Of a DNA stretch of 64,000 bases, positions 12,193 through 25,658 are shown one piece after another. The position numbers and the translations under genes are program-made. The stretch covers positions 26,970,001 through 27,034,000 of the forward strand of contig OZ320321.1 in assembly GCA_976226885.1 (NCBI GenBank), given 5' to 3'. The notes under the pieces are model-generated. The model did not search any database and had not been told where the DNA came from. It saw only the letters and a program-made list of their open reading frames with translations. The stretch comes from Iphione sp. A-MEVVRFRX5. Its lineage: Eukaryota. Positions within the stretch are counted from its first letter, which is position 1, and every line of letters begins with the position of its first letter.

Positions 12193-12600
12193 GGGTCATA
12201 AAATGAGGGCCATAAACTGGTCATAAACCGAAAGGGTAATAAATTTTGGATTCCAGCCAGGGCCATAAAACGATCGTAAATTGAAAAGGCAGGGGAATTC
12301 AGGTACAAAGCCATAAAACCTGGTACTGCCTGGTGAGCGTGAAGGCAGGCTCTTTGAAGCGGCCGACATCTGGTATTGGGTCATAAAAAGGGAATATTCC
12401 GGTGTGGCATGTTAGCTCCCTTTGGCTGGGGTCATAAAAAGGTAGCAATTTGTTTTTATGTGATTACTAAATTCCAGCTGGGTCGTAAAAAGGTAGGAAT
12501 TTCTTCAATCTGTTTGCTACATTCTGGCTGGGTCATAAAAAGGGAGGAATTGCTTTCACCTGCTGGCTCCCCATGGGTATGGGCCATAAAAAGGTAGGAA
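12193..12600 (+). promoter_or_regulatory. Homotypic cluster of ~12 GGYCRTAAA motifs (Cdx/posterior-Hox-like), probably inside an LTR-like element
   Basis: GGGTCATAAAA, GGGCCATAAA, GGGTCGTAAAA and variants at ~12193, 12207, 12219, 12234, 12260, 12272, 12309, 12378, 12429, 12480, 12530 and 12581, all on one strand. Confidence 0.55.
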
Positions 12601-13622
12601 TCTTTCTGATCTGCTTAATTACATTCCTGAGGGGAGTATTGGTGTCTCGGGGGGGGGGGTGTGTGTGAGTATATGCCAAGGAGTTGGCGCAAAGGGCTTA
12701 GAGAGGGTTTTAGTTTTAATTTTGTATATTAAAATCGATATTTGATGGAGTTGTTGATCTAACATATAAAGAAAAACTTCTTGCCTTCCTTGACATGGAG
12801 AGCTGAGACTTCAACTATATATTAAATTTTTGTAACACAGTCATGTTTAGATTGTTGTTCATGAGATTAGATTGTTGTTATGCCATTTAGTGGGATAACA
12901 TGGTCTTTCTGATATAACATTATGTAAATTGTAACGATTGTCATAACCATAAGAATGCAATTGTGTAAAGTGTATAGATATATGTATCTTAAGCATGGCC
13001 TTGTACAAGATAAAGAAGAGCAGATAAAAACTTTTGTTAGTGCTTGTAATTCAGGGAAAGGCTACATGATTCATACAGAATCTGTTATGGTCAAGCAATC
13101 CCCTTTCTTCTTGGTAGCAGTAGCATTCTTTTTTCTGGGAATGTTGGTGAACTCAGTGTAAGGCTTTCATGAATTATTGCAATAAAATCCTCTAAATCAA
13201 TAGACAATACTAAGTGCGATGTACCACAAATTAACTAAGATTCTTACCAATATTTATATGTGTCTAACACACTAGTTAAAGCATATATAAATGAGGAGCT
13301 TAGACCTTCTCTTCAGACTTGTCTGACTGCTGTCACAGAACCTGTATCACAGTTCTGGAATAAAGCCTGACAAAGAACCGGACTGGTGCAGTATAATCAT
13401 TTATTGTTACATTGTGGAAGAATGGGCATTGCTTAGGAAGAGCTGACAGCCAAAGTAAAAAATAAGCTACAGAACAAATAATTGTAGAGATCCACAAATC
13501 TCACATTCATACTTGAATAAATGGATCAATTTGTTGCCAAGAATACAGTTACAATGTTTTTGCATGTCTCTTGAATATATATCAAGACTGAAGCAAAGTG
13601 TTTTCTGATGTCATATATAAAG

Positions 13623-13805
13623 TACAGTTAACTTTTTGTACAGAAGACCACTTTAGGGACAGGAAACATTTGGTCTCTGTTGTAGTCTGATCTCCTTTGT
13701 GATCTCATTCTGTAGAGAAACTCTACGTGTTGGGTACTCTTGGAATCTGGTCTCTGTTGCAATCTGGTCTCTCTGATCTGGTCTTCAAGTGACAGTCAGC
13801 TGTAG
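13623..13805. mobile_element. Tc1/mariner-type MITE in the probable PGRP 3' UTR
   Basis: Imperfect TIRs TACAGTTAAC..AAGACC / GGTCTTCAAG..CAGCTGTA with TA ends. Confidence 0.5.
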
Positions 13806-13854
13806 GTTGTATTTTGGTTGCTGACATTGTGTTCGGTGATTTGGTGATTTATCA

Positions 13855-15071
13855 CTAAACTGAACTAGAATAGTTAGGCCAGGTTCTAATAATGGAATAC
13901 AGAGTGTTGCCTGGACATGCAGTGCTGCGGACTTGGCGATGTCCATGGAGTTTGAAGTTCAGCGTCACCTGACCCTATATTAAAGAAATTGATAATACCA
14001 TGATTTCATTCTGGTAAATCCTTTTAATTTTGATAAATGATTAATAATTTAGATGTATGTGATTTCTATGATCACCTTCAAATAAACCCTGTTCTTTTAT
14101 TGAGAAAATTCTGTGTCATGCATTTGCAAAATTAAACAACAGTATTGTAATTGTTTCACTGCATACTATGGTTGCAGTTCATGTTTCACATAATACTAAT
14201 TAGATACTCTATTAAATCAACAAAGGACATACTGAAACTTATTGTTAGTCATGTAGTCTGATTATTTACTGTTATAAGATAATACAGGAACTGCCATTCC
14301 AAAGTTGTCATATTTATTTGACTACTGGGCACTAAGCAATGAAAGGCAGAGCACAAGTCTAAGTGCTGAACTCTTGGTCCTACAGTTCTACCTCACTGAC
14401 TATTGAATATGATTAAATTTCTTACCCAATCAGCAAAGTGTTCATATATCAATTTCTTGGCGGCTTGAAGAGCAGCAGGTGTTGGACTTGCGTTCATAAA
14501 GTTACCAATGAAACAAATTCCAAGTGAGTTTGAATTGTATCCTGAGGTGTGCGAACCACGTCTATACGAACCACGACCAACATAGATATTACCATCACCA
14601 CCAATAAGGTAGTTATAGGCAATATCCCACCAACCTATATATGACAACATGACACTGATAAAAATTCTGTAAAGCAGCATAAATTATTTGTATTGTCAGG
14701 AATGTAAATATGACAACAAAACAATCAGCATTTTTTGAATAAATACATAGATGTCCTTATTTTAACAATAAGGCTTCTATTATTACATCACTGAACAGAA
14801 ACATTTGACTTATGTAGTTCAGTTTGTTTATTAAACAACATTGAAACATTTAATAACAGTGTTGGTGGTAACAACAAATCCTTACCCCTGACATTCATGT
14901 GGTATGCTTGGATACTGCGAACTCGTGCCTCACAAAAAGTTTGCGTATAACATTGAGGTCCAGCTGAATGATGGATGAATACCTGACGAATTGGAAGTAC
15001 TAGCCTGTTTACATGCCGATGTTTGCGTGCATTCCATTCAGCCCGAGAAACCCATTTGGCATTGGACAATG
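13855..15071 (-). CDS. PGRP: Peptidoglycan recognition protein, amidase type (N-acetylmuramoyl-L-alanine amidase); 5' exon(s) not found
   Basis: Exons 15071-14886, 14634-14426 and 13974-13855 have canonical AG/GT and compatible phases. They give ...WVSRAEWNAR...FIHHSAG...[31 protein letters not shown]...HTSGYNSNSLGICFIGNF...GHRQVRSTACPGNTLYSIIRTWPNYSSSV*. Zn ligands H/H/C plus the catalytic Tyr and Thr are present. Confidence 0.95.
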
Positions 15072-16453
15072 CTATTGAAACAAAGAAATGTACTTAATAC
15101 AATAAAATACTTAATTCAATCCATAAACCAAGGATTCTTTGTTACTTAAATGTATATTCATGAAGTCGGCAATCCGGGCACTTGTGACGAGCAAGGTGTA
15201 AACAAAGAGTTGTCAACCCCAATTTGATAAGGATTTCAAAGGTGTCATAAGGCTTCATTGTGATAAATGTATAGGTTTATCATTTATCTAAATGACTTAA
15301 TAAGTGTTTAGATTTAAATCCCTTTTTAAAATGTGTAATTCAGCAAAAATACTGCAGAGGTGAAGAGTGGGTGATAATCAGGGAGTTTCTACATATTCTT
15401 GTGTGAACTCTAAGGACTTGTAAAAAGAACCTAATGACAATTTTAACATATGCACTTAATCTAAAGGTAGTTCTACATGTGTGTTCATTATAATGTCAGA
15501 ATTAGCATTCAAATCAATGTCAAATTATTATTATGAGACCAAACAGTACAATAGCTCAAAGAGAGAAGTCCACTTGTTTTCACCTCCACCTTGGGCTCCC
15601 TGACCTATATCTGACTAAGGCCACCACTCTTATCTGCCACTGTGACGTCATGCCGACTTGAAGAATAGTATGTAAATTTGTCAGTGACATTAAAATTTTG
15701 ATTCTGCATTACATGTACTTTAAGGTAGGTATAAAAAAAATCTGCGATTAATTTTTCAATGCACAATATACCACTGTTTTGCTGTATTTCATTATTATGT
15801 TGTGTATACCAACCTTCTTACTACAAATCTATTTTAATTACTGCCTAATATTTGTTGTATGGCATATTATACTGTGATGTAAGTATATTTGCAAATTGCA
15901 GCCCTTTCAAAATACTTAATTCTACTGAAATTAACCTTTCGGAGGTCAAATACATCAGCATATATCCTCTAGTGTAATATTTCCGGATAGAAAAGAATTT
16001 CAAGTACAAAGGTACTATAGTCACTAAATTATTGTATATGTATACAGGTACTCTGTGCACCTGTTAAATTCCTTAGTCTGTATGAACTGCTAATGAATAT
16101 CCTATATCCCTGTACTGCCATATTATGATTAAAGAAATCATAACATTTCCTCTAAAGATAGTGCGGGGACTTCACCATAAAGTATTGAATTTTTTACAGG
16201 AGACAACTTACTATTTTTAAGCAGAAGAACCACATAAATCATGCCAACCATTAACTTGAAGGATGCCATGCTTGGTGATAGATGTCCACAGAGATGGGTC
16301 TACAAAAATATATGAATATAGTAAGTTTGTGATTTCCAAACACTCCGAATTAAAATATACTTGAACATGAGACAAGGTAAACATGTATGTTATCACAGTG
16401 ATCATCTGAAACCAGAAAGTTGCCTCTATATGACTAAGCATATATCAAAATTA

Positions 16454-16632
16454 CAGTGGAGTCTCTATTTCCGACCACATCGATTTCCGACCATTCTTGC
16501 TATTCTGACCATCTGAGATTGGAACTAAAGTCCTCATTCTTATAATTGACCATAATCTATTTATGACCCAACTTGCCATTACGACCAGTTGCGCTTGGTC
16601 CAGAGGTATGGTCGTAAATAGGGACTCTACTG
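16454..16632. mobile_element. Tc1/mariner-type MITE
   Basis: TIRs CAGTGGAGTCTCTATTT / AAATAGGGACTCTACTG with TA duplications. Internal CGACCA repeats. Related to 21422-21598. Confidence 0.8.
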
Positions 16633-17464
16633 TATAGTCAGATATTAACTTACCAACAGACCATGAAAGAAACACGACCAACTGGTGGATACACTTGGCT
16701 CAGAGCCAAATGGTATTTATACATGATGGTAATACACCAAGATGGAAATAGGACTACCTTGCACACATTTTAAGCCAAGTCCCTACCTTTGTTTGTTTTG
16801 TATCATTTAATGTCATTCTGATTACAAATTTAGTGTTTATTAAAAGTGCTTTATATTAATATATTCCAAATCAAAACAGATATTTCAACATTTCTTTCCA
16901 TTTATGTGTGTACTGTAGATATGTAAATATATTTGTATTTCATTCACTTTCTTCCATATATGAAATTCAGTTTTACTTTTCTCATGTTGGCTATGGATGT
17001 CTGCTCTTACTGCATATGAACAATGGTATGCCACCTATGAAAACTGGGAACAGGATTTGAACTACATTTGTATTGAGCCTTATAGACCACAAATCATTAA
17101 ATATAGCCATTACAACACAGCCTCTCATACTTTATCAGACCAGTCACAAAATAATGGAAAAAATAACACATTCTAGAAGGCAGAATGGCAATCTGTTTAT
17201 GATTGACTTTGTTATATATCTCACAACTCAATGACTTTTGTGTTCCATCACAGTCACTTGTCACTTTGACACTTTTGTGTTGGTCTCCCATGCCAAAGGA
17301 CCTGGATTCAACTCAGCTGTTGCCAGCTCTCAAATAGAAAAACTGTACATATAAAAGCCCAAATTTCTTTTGTTAAGTATAACATCAAGTTATTTCTTTC
17401 CCTAAATTAGAGAAACTTTTTTAAAAATATTGGTAGCACCTGAGCAGTTAATCATGGCTTTGTG

Positions 17465-18640
17465 TCAACTTACATCAAGAAAATAGTCAAAATAAACAAG
17501 GGTGTTTGTTATGACTGTTTTAGCTGCTTTTATATTTATTTCTTTTGGTAGAAGACCAATCTGAGTGTGATGGTATTTTTCTCCGTCCACTGTAATATAT
17601 AGACCAAAGACAGATGATTTGTATCCTTTGTGCTTTGCTAGGGCTGAAAGAGCTTTCAGGTTTTTCTGTATTGGTATAGCTTCTGTCGGTAGGTCCTCCC
17701 TTATCCACATCCCAGGGTGTTTCGCCAATAGATTGAAGCGATTTTTAAATATTGAATCACGCTGCTCAACAGTAGAGAAGACAATATGAACTGGTGGTGT
17801 GTTTGATTTGTCTACAACCTGCCCACGCGATATGGAACTATCTTTCATGGAAGGGATGATGTCCCTGAGAATTTGAGCAATTTGAGTTTTGACTGACATT
17901 TTATTGTCAACAGTTGCACCATGAAGAATCAAGTTTGCCCTTCTTTCCCTAATCTCGTTGTCAAGATTTGTGTTTTTTATTTCATTCAGTTGGGTCTTAA
18001 GTTGCTGATTTTCTCCTCGTAGTGACTGTATTTCTTGTTGAGCTTTAGCAAGATCTGCTTTAAGCTCCTCAAGTTTAATGGAGATTTCTAAACTTTCATT
18101 ATTTGAGGAGTTTACAGTAGCCTCTAGACCAGTCATGGTTGGTTGCGCAGATTTGTATGACGATTTTTGGTTGGATACTGAGCTGTTTTGTGTTTGTGAG
18201 AGAGAGTCAATAAGCTGCTTCAACACTGATATTGCCTCATTTGGAACATTTGTGCAGTTAGCGCTTATATTAGTGTTATTTGTTTTGTTAGTATTGTCAA
18301 AGTTCGGACTTATCTGGTCTGAGTCATTCACCCGTGCGTCATTGTCCACGTTGACCGGGACCAGTGAGGAGGGTGACCCGTTAGCTTGACCAGCTTGACC
18401 ACCGTCTGAGCCCTTGTTTGCTCCTTTGTCCGGTTTCGTTGGTGTTGTTCCCTTATTTCCTCTCATGTTCTTGCCTTCTCCAGCCATTTTTCGGTTCAAT
18501 GTTTGATATACAGCAACTAATCTGTCTAATGGCATATTTGCAATGAGTATTTTCCTACTAAGACTTGAATTTTTCAGAATAATCCCGTCTCAACGCGGGA
18601 GCGCACCCTTTACACGTCCTACTCGGTTGACGCCATTTTG
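17465..18640 (-). mobile_element. LINE 5' end: GC-rich 5' UTR plus an open ORF1 (coiled coil + RRM); ORF2 absent
   Basis: The 356-aa ORF has a heptad region followed by ERRANLILHG, PVHIVF, WIREDLP and ITVDGEKY, typical of invertebrate CR1/L2-type ORF1. Confidence 0.8.
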
Positions 18641-21162
18641 CTGAGAGATTAAGTACACTGTATCATAATCTGTCATAATCTGTATCATAATCTGCCATTT
18701 TGCATCTATCAACCAAAAAGATGTCCAATCAAATGCATCAGCCACATCACAAAAACTGCATCAGCAGCCCTCAGGTGTCACCATGGTAACAAAGTAAATG
18801 ATTGGTCACTGATTTTAGCTAAATCTAAATTCTTATTAGTCAGTCTAAGGCTTTGTATGTTATATTTGTAGGATATATTACATATTTTCAAGGGATTTGG
18901 CAGATATGATGTATGTACCTATTAAAAAGCACTATGTAATACCTCTTATTATACATATGCCTCTTGCTAGTGAAGGTGTAATGGATATTCGTCTGTTACA
19001 TTCTATGTAATCAATAAAACACAGTGCAAACTATGACAAAGTTACTTAAAATCAAACATCAACTCCAATTCTATAGTATTATTTAAAAATTAGACTACAA
19101 ATCAATATATTACTTCAAATATTCAAGGGCTTGCTTTCATCATAACACATATGTATACATGTAGTGCTAAACAAGGCATTAACTCAGTTTATGCAAATGA
19201 TGTAGGTCATGTGACCAGTTTTACAAGGGATCTTCTTGATATTGGTGAGTTTCTTGTCAGAATTGAGGAAAAGTGTATATTCTGGGTACATTTAGAAAAT
19301 TGCATGAAAAAAGCTTGAAAAGTGAATCTACAGCATATACACTAACTCCCATCGTACATATCTGTATGATTTTACCATTGTTGGACGGTAAGGGGTTAAA
19401 TCATTATAGAAACAAGTATATTTAACTCTAAATATAAATATCTTTCTGTAATAGGATATGGATAGCAATTCAAGCCAGGAGACGAAAATGATCAAGAAGG
19501 AAAATCATTATATCTGGTGTTTATCACGACACCAACATGTGTCCATAATTCCTATCTCCCAGCCCTCAACACATCAGAACTTTTACATACATATATGAAA
19601 TTATAGGAGGTGACTTTATGCAAATAGGAAGGCCAAAATTAGATGAGTGAGGAAGCAAAGACAAAGACAATGATAAAGGTGGAAATATTCTGGATGGAAA
19701 GAGAAAATGAGACAGAAAGGGGTATTGATGTATAGATGAATGTACAAATGTTATGATTGAAATGTTTATTGAAATGAGTCAATATTTCTATTCTGAAGCA
19801 GTTGAGCTTTCTTTACGGATTATTGTGAGAACTGGTGAACTGCTATCTGTTTGCAACCACTTTGGGGACTGTACAAATGTGGTCTCCTCAGCGAGGGTGT
19901 CACCCCTGATGATGGACTCCCTCTCTCCCTCTCACTGAGCCAAGTACACATTCCTTAGACAGTGGGGTGGGGGGGCAACCCTATCAAAGGACTCCCTATC
20001 TCCCTCTGCTGTGCTTAATTCATTGTCTGTACCTGCTGGGAATCTTTATAAAAAAGGACAACAGAAAAGGAGCCAAAAGATAGACTAGCATTGCCCCAGT
20101 ACTGAACCTAAAGAAACCACGTACACACTTATATACAAGATCTTTTCTGTATTCATGTACATAAATGTGGAAAGGGCTCCCAATTTACATCAGGACCTGT
20201 TTGGATAGCTGAAAGTTCAAAAGAAGACTAGCCATTCATCAGTCTGCCATGACAATACGTTGAGAGCAAGCATTTCTCCTGGAAGATGATTTTATAATAG
20301 ACATCATAATAGCATTTATTTCAAAGTTGCTAAAATAGATCAGAATATGGAAACATTGGAACCACAGTATAGTATCAGTATGTGTGATAGAACTGTGCAG
20401 ATAAAGGCATTTTTATTGTGCTGTTCTTAATTGTATTAAAGTCTCAAAAACTTGCAATTATGACAAATAGCTGTACAGAAAATCAGAACAAGGAATATAC
20501 TCGGATATGAAAAGAGAAGCAGTTAGACCTCGATCTCTATAACAAAACATAGCTACCAGACAACAAAATAGCTACCTATGCAACTGAAGTAATAGACATG
20601 TAGTGAGGCATGAGTGACAATGGTTATATCGTGTAAATATATCTTGTAAAACATTGTTCAGTTCATCTATTCTATTGTTTAGTTCATCTATTCTATTGAT
20701 CAGTGCATCTATTCCCAGAGAGACCTTGTGAAGAGAATAAAGAATCTTGAATTACTAGCAAAAGTTCTGCTTGGGCCTAAATTAGTCATTCCCAATAGGT
20801 TGTCACTCTGGTGATTGGTCATCAACTGAGTGTCCTCTGTAATGTGTATGTTTTGGATGAATGGGTGTAACATTCCAGTAATACATAGTGCTAATTGCCC
20901 TCTCTCCATATGAACTAGCAAACCAGGTATATCAGTGAGCGGTTTAAAACAGATGCACTGGTCTATGCACAGCAAAAAGTATTGCTGTAGCTAATATGTA
21001 TGTATGGAGATGAATAGATGACATGTGAACAAATGCTGAAAATGACAAAGGGGAAAATCATGCATGGGTGCATGAAGGAAAGTATATTTCATAGCAATAG
21101 TATCAACATAGCAAGGTAATAAAAGTGAAAATTCCCCACTAACCCCTTTACACAACAGGTAT

Positions 21163-21415
21163 TTCAAGATTCAAGATTGTTTATTAATCAAATCTTCGCG
21201 CACAATTGCACAAGGTTCTCCGTGATTAATACAATACTCCAAACCAAGATTTTTTAAAAAGTCATGTACACAGCAAAGTTATATAATGTGACAGACAATA
21301 CAAATTATGATACAGAAATATAATAAAATATATACTTGTTACCATAACCAATTAGGTGGTCTTTTCATTGGCAAACACAACAGTCATCATAGATTCCAGT
21401 TGAGAAACGCTTAAG
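21163..21415 (-). mobile_element. Short LINE-like 3' fragment with (CTTGAA)-type tail
   Basis: The + strand TTTCAAGATTCAAGATTGTTTATT reads as AATAAA followed by a short tandem tail on the minus strand. Confidence 0.35.
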
Positions 21416-21421
21416 GATATA

Positions 21422-21598
21422 CAGTGGAATCTTAATTTACGACCACATTGATTTGCGACCATTCTCTATTTAAGACCACCTAAAGTGGGTACAAAAATGT
21501 TGTTTTCTATACATTTGATACCCTATTTGCGACCAAATTCACTATTACGACCACTTTTTATGGGAACAAAGGGGTGGTTGTAAATAGAGATTCCACTG
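21422..21598. mobile_element. Tc1/mariner-type MITE (same family as 16454-16632)
   Basis: TIRs CAGTGGAATCTTAATTTAC / GTAAATAGAGATTCCACTG with TA duplications. Confidence 0.8.
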
Positions 21599-23387
21599 TA
21601 ACTACAGCATCCTGCACAGTAAAAATGCTCAGCGTACACTCCTCGAGACCATCTGTTACATAGTACTGGCTTCATGATGTTATTTCACCCTTGATTCAAA
21701 AATAAGTTATAGTGCTTTTATCACAGATACTACAATAAATTGAATTGGTCATAGATACCTTAAAGAGAAAAGTCATTTATCACGGGTATACAGATGACAT
21801 TGAAAACCAGTTCCTATAAAAATAACGACTTCCAGTGTAAGCTCTACTAGACCCTGTAAGTACTGACTTCAAAATGCTATACTTTAGTGGGTTACAACTT
21901 CAGTAACAACACACAGGTATTACTATTTAACGTTTAAAATGACTGCTCATATCTCCTGTTGGATATCCTATAACAAATCACCACTTACTGTCTGAGGGAC
22001 TGGAGCAAGCTTAGATGTTGTCGTCAGAATTTCCACTGTCCTTCTCTGAGTATTAACACAATTCACAGGTTGGTTTTCTTGGTGTAGCTCCTCCTACTGC
22101 CTACATCACAAGTACATGATAAATGAGGAGACAAACAGTCATATATCAAGGCACCCCAATGGGAAATACTGGACAAAAACTCAAATCTTTGTGCATCACG
22201 GGACAACATCAACCGGTGCATGAAGGCTCTAAACACCAGGTCACCAAACAACTGGGACAAGCATTGTGGAGGAGTATATCACAAATGTGTCAATGTGTCA
22301 AAAGTATCATGACTTCACAAAAGGAAAAACACAGTGTTGTACCTGGGTGGCTGACAATCTCACGATGGCTCCATTACTCAACAAGAGGAGAAGGATAAAA
22401 AGGCATTGCCTGACTGGACCAATACTAGACATTACATCGAGGATGAGCTCCACAAAGATCTGCCATACAGGGAACCGATCAGAGCTAAGGACACCCGTCC
22501 ATTTGCTGAACAGTGGGAAACAACTTTCTCTTGGGGAATCTAGCAAAGTAATAAACAAAGTAATAAACATTTTGGAGAAGCTAGCAAATTAATAAACAAA
22601 GTAAACATTTTGGGAATAGATGGTATGTTGTGTCAGCATGCAGTAGCCGACGGGGAAGGTGAATACAAATGATAGGGACACACTATTTGAACCAGGAAGT
22701 AGTGAATCACGAGCTGACTTTTGGAAATGTTTCAGGTTAAAGTCACAGAGTCAGATGACAGGAGGGATAGGAAAGATTACAGTGTCATTATTATGGAACT
22801 TAGGATTTATTTAGACTTGATTTGTTTTGATATATATTAATCTTCTTCAGTTACAGATTTTTCAGCCTCAGTCCTTCCAGTAGTGAAGGTAAGATACTCA
22901 CTCTAAATTATACTTTACTATACATGGATCTGACCTCCACTGACTAGCACGAGCAGCCATCACAGTAGACACTTAAACCTGGGCAAATACAGAGACGTAT
23001 GTATGGCATGTTAATTAAGATTCTTCATGCAAGTTCTGAAGCACTGTATGTTCAAAAAAGGCAGTTTGAAGGTATAGGTAGTCCAATAGATGGCATTCAA
23101 GTGAATTTGATTGTTATAATTATGTGATATTATGGGCTGCAGATTATGTTAGGGTTGGTGGCTAAGTACAGTTGAACCTCGACAACTAGATCCCCATCAA
23201 CCAGACTACTGTGACAAGCGGTCTAAGCTTGAGAGGATGGAAATATTTCAGTTGAATTTTGTCTCAGACATCTGGATATCAACTCGCCCAAGATGTTTTG
23301 TGAAAACATTTGATCCTGGCATGCACATCCTCTATAGGCACAACACTAAAGTTTGGATGACCTCTCTTCTGTGGGACGATTTCTTAC

Positions 23388-23590
23388 CAGGCCCGTAGCC
23401 AGGAGGTTTTGCGGGGGGTATCTGAAAGGTGAGTTAGAGAGGTGGAACTCCTAGTTACAAAGGTGGAACTCCCAGTTACAAAGGTGGAACTCCTAGTTAG
23501 CCATGAACATATTTCCTCACTTCTATTTACCACATTTTGTATGAATTTTTGTCTGGATGGAATTATGAGTCTTCTGGGGGGTATCTGACA
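23388..23590. mobile_element. Non-autonomous element beginning CAGGCCCGTAGCC, with an internal 21-bp x3 repeat
   Basis: Same terminus as 41966-42152. AGGTGGAACTCCTAGTTACAA x3 at ~23440-23502. Right end not clearly seen. Confidence 0.45.
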
Positions 23591-24664
23591 ATTATGCAGG
23601 ATTTCCCCACAAGATACTAGTAGACTTCCTCAGTAACAAGATCTAGTAACAGGAGTATTTAAATGGAAATAGGGAGAGTCTATTGGATGAGCTTTGAGAG
23701 TATATTATACAGAATGTGGTTAGAGTAAACAAAACCTTGTATCTTGAAGCTTGAAGGTAAAGCAGCATTAGGTTTAAGGAATTAAATTGATTTCATTAGG
23801 GTGAATAGTGAACTCCGTATAATAATGACATTAGAGTGGGCAAGTAATAAAATAGGCTGTGTTAGTTATTTCAGTGGATATATAGCACAGTTTTTGGACT
23901 ACCGCAATCAAATGTCCATTGAGAGAGTGGACTGATGTGTCCCTCTTTGTGCCCATCTATCTGGTTTCACATCCCAAGTGGTTCTTTGGGTGAACCTTTT
24001 CAAAAGTAGAAATACTGAGCCCTTTTCACTTTTTTTGACTGAGGTGGTGGAGTTTGTTTGATTGGTATCTTTAATTTGGTTGAGAGTTTGGAGGTTGTTT
24101 TTATTGAAGCATGCAGAAGAGGATAAGGAAAGGGAGGTGGGTTCTGGGTAGGAGTGGAGGGTTAATGTGAGAAAAGAACTTTTAAGTTATGCAGAGTGAA
24201 GAGAGACTGGTGGTGTCTGTTTGTGACAAGCAACATGAAGTTAGTGGTCATACAAGATGAACAGTGTGATCATAAGTAGTATTACAGGTATTGAGACATA
24301 TGCTAGATACTCATGATATGCCAGGAAGTTTTCACTTATAAAATAGGTTTATCAGTGTGTGATCTGTCAAAAAAGATTATAAACATGGCAGGTGAACTGA
24401 TTTATTGATACACAAACAGTGTGATTGTGAATATTACCAGTGTGCGTATGTATATGTGTATGTCACACAATAATGGAACAAAGAAATCAGAACGTACCAC
24501 AAGAGAGGGATATCATGGACTCAGATTTATCCAATAATAATTACAATCTGCTTGACAACACAATCATATATGTTGTATGTATAAGAACTATGCTGATAAA
24601 CATGGTCCAATAATGTGATAGACCACTGCCACATTATCATGATAAAGGAGAATCAGGTAGTATA

Positions 24665-25180
24665 CAGAGGTTACTCCAAAACCAAACACTCAAAAACCGA
24701 ATTTCCCCAAATCCCAACAATATATCTGGGAACCGAACATTTCTCTCTATTTAGATACTCATATAACCGAACGATTCTATCCGAAATCGGAACAATTTTC
24801 AGACGAATTTGGATGATTTTAACGAACTTGGGGGAGAGCAACTGGGCTCGCAGTCAGCTCGCCTATGTGGAAATCATTCAAAATTGTCCAAATTCGTCTG
24901 AAACTCAGCCAAATTCTCTGAAACTCAGCCAAATTCGTCTGAAAATCGGCGAAATTCAGCAAAATTCGTGCAAAATTGACCAAAAATGGTCAAAATTCCC
25001 CCGAAAATCGGCAGAAATCTGCCAAATTCGTCCCAAAATGGACAAAAATCAAAGGGTTATGCTAACCCCTAACTGAGTGAAATTGACAGTGGCCTCAGGC
25101 CACTATTTGAAATCTGAATTATCCCAAAACCAAACAATTTTGGTGGAAACGGCGATCGTTCGGATTTGGAGTATCCTCTG
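24665..25180. mobile_element. MITE with TA target site and internal ~21-bp repeats
   Basis: TIRs CAGAGGTTACTCCAAA / TTTGGAGTATCCTCTG with TA on both sides. Repeated CCAAATTC..CTGAAA units at ~24887-24970. Confidence 0.8.
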
Positions 25181-25230
25181 TATATACATGTGTGTACCAG
25201 GTTGCCATCATTGTGAATAATCAAATGTAT

Positions 25231-25658
25231 TGTCACGTGTCAAAGTCTGGATGAGCTCTAGCTGCCAAAGGTTGAGTTATAAATAAAATTAACAAAGAGA
25301 AAAGAATCTGGTTCACCCAAATTACATGAATATAGTTGTGCATGGGGTTTTGTTTCTCATGTGTGCTAAGAGAAAGGGTCTGTTTATTCAAGAAAAACAT
25401 GGGTTTATATATGACATGGTTACATAAGAGTTTCTAAAAACAGTACACTGTCTAAACATATGTCTGGTATGGAGGAATCTGCACAGTATCCACCCGTCGC
25501 AGTAAATTCTTATTGCGCAATACCTTTATTATGGATTGTGATCCGTGAGTGTCACAGATCATTCATCACCAATCGCTCCTCACAGATCGCCTCATGGATT
25601 ACCTGTCACAGATTCCTTTAAGCTGTCTTAGACAACATTCATACATGCACACACCACA
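25231..25658 (-). mobile_element. Solo LTR, family A
   Basis: TG...CA termini flanked by a GTAT TSD (25227-25230 / 25659-25662). 25371-25440 closely matches 1440-1510. Confidence 0.85.

Noticed and set aside
12193-12600. Regularly spaced short repeats as a CRISPR array
   Set aside because: Eukaryotic context, degenerate 9-15 bp motifs, irregular spacing and no cas genes.
19750-22600. Exon-like GC-moderate patches (19.75-20.05 kb, 20.7-21.0 kb, 22.05-22.6 kb)
   Set aside because: Stops in all frames and no recognisable motif or consistent splice model.
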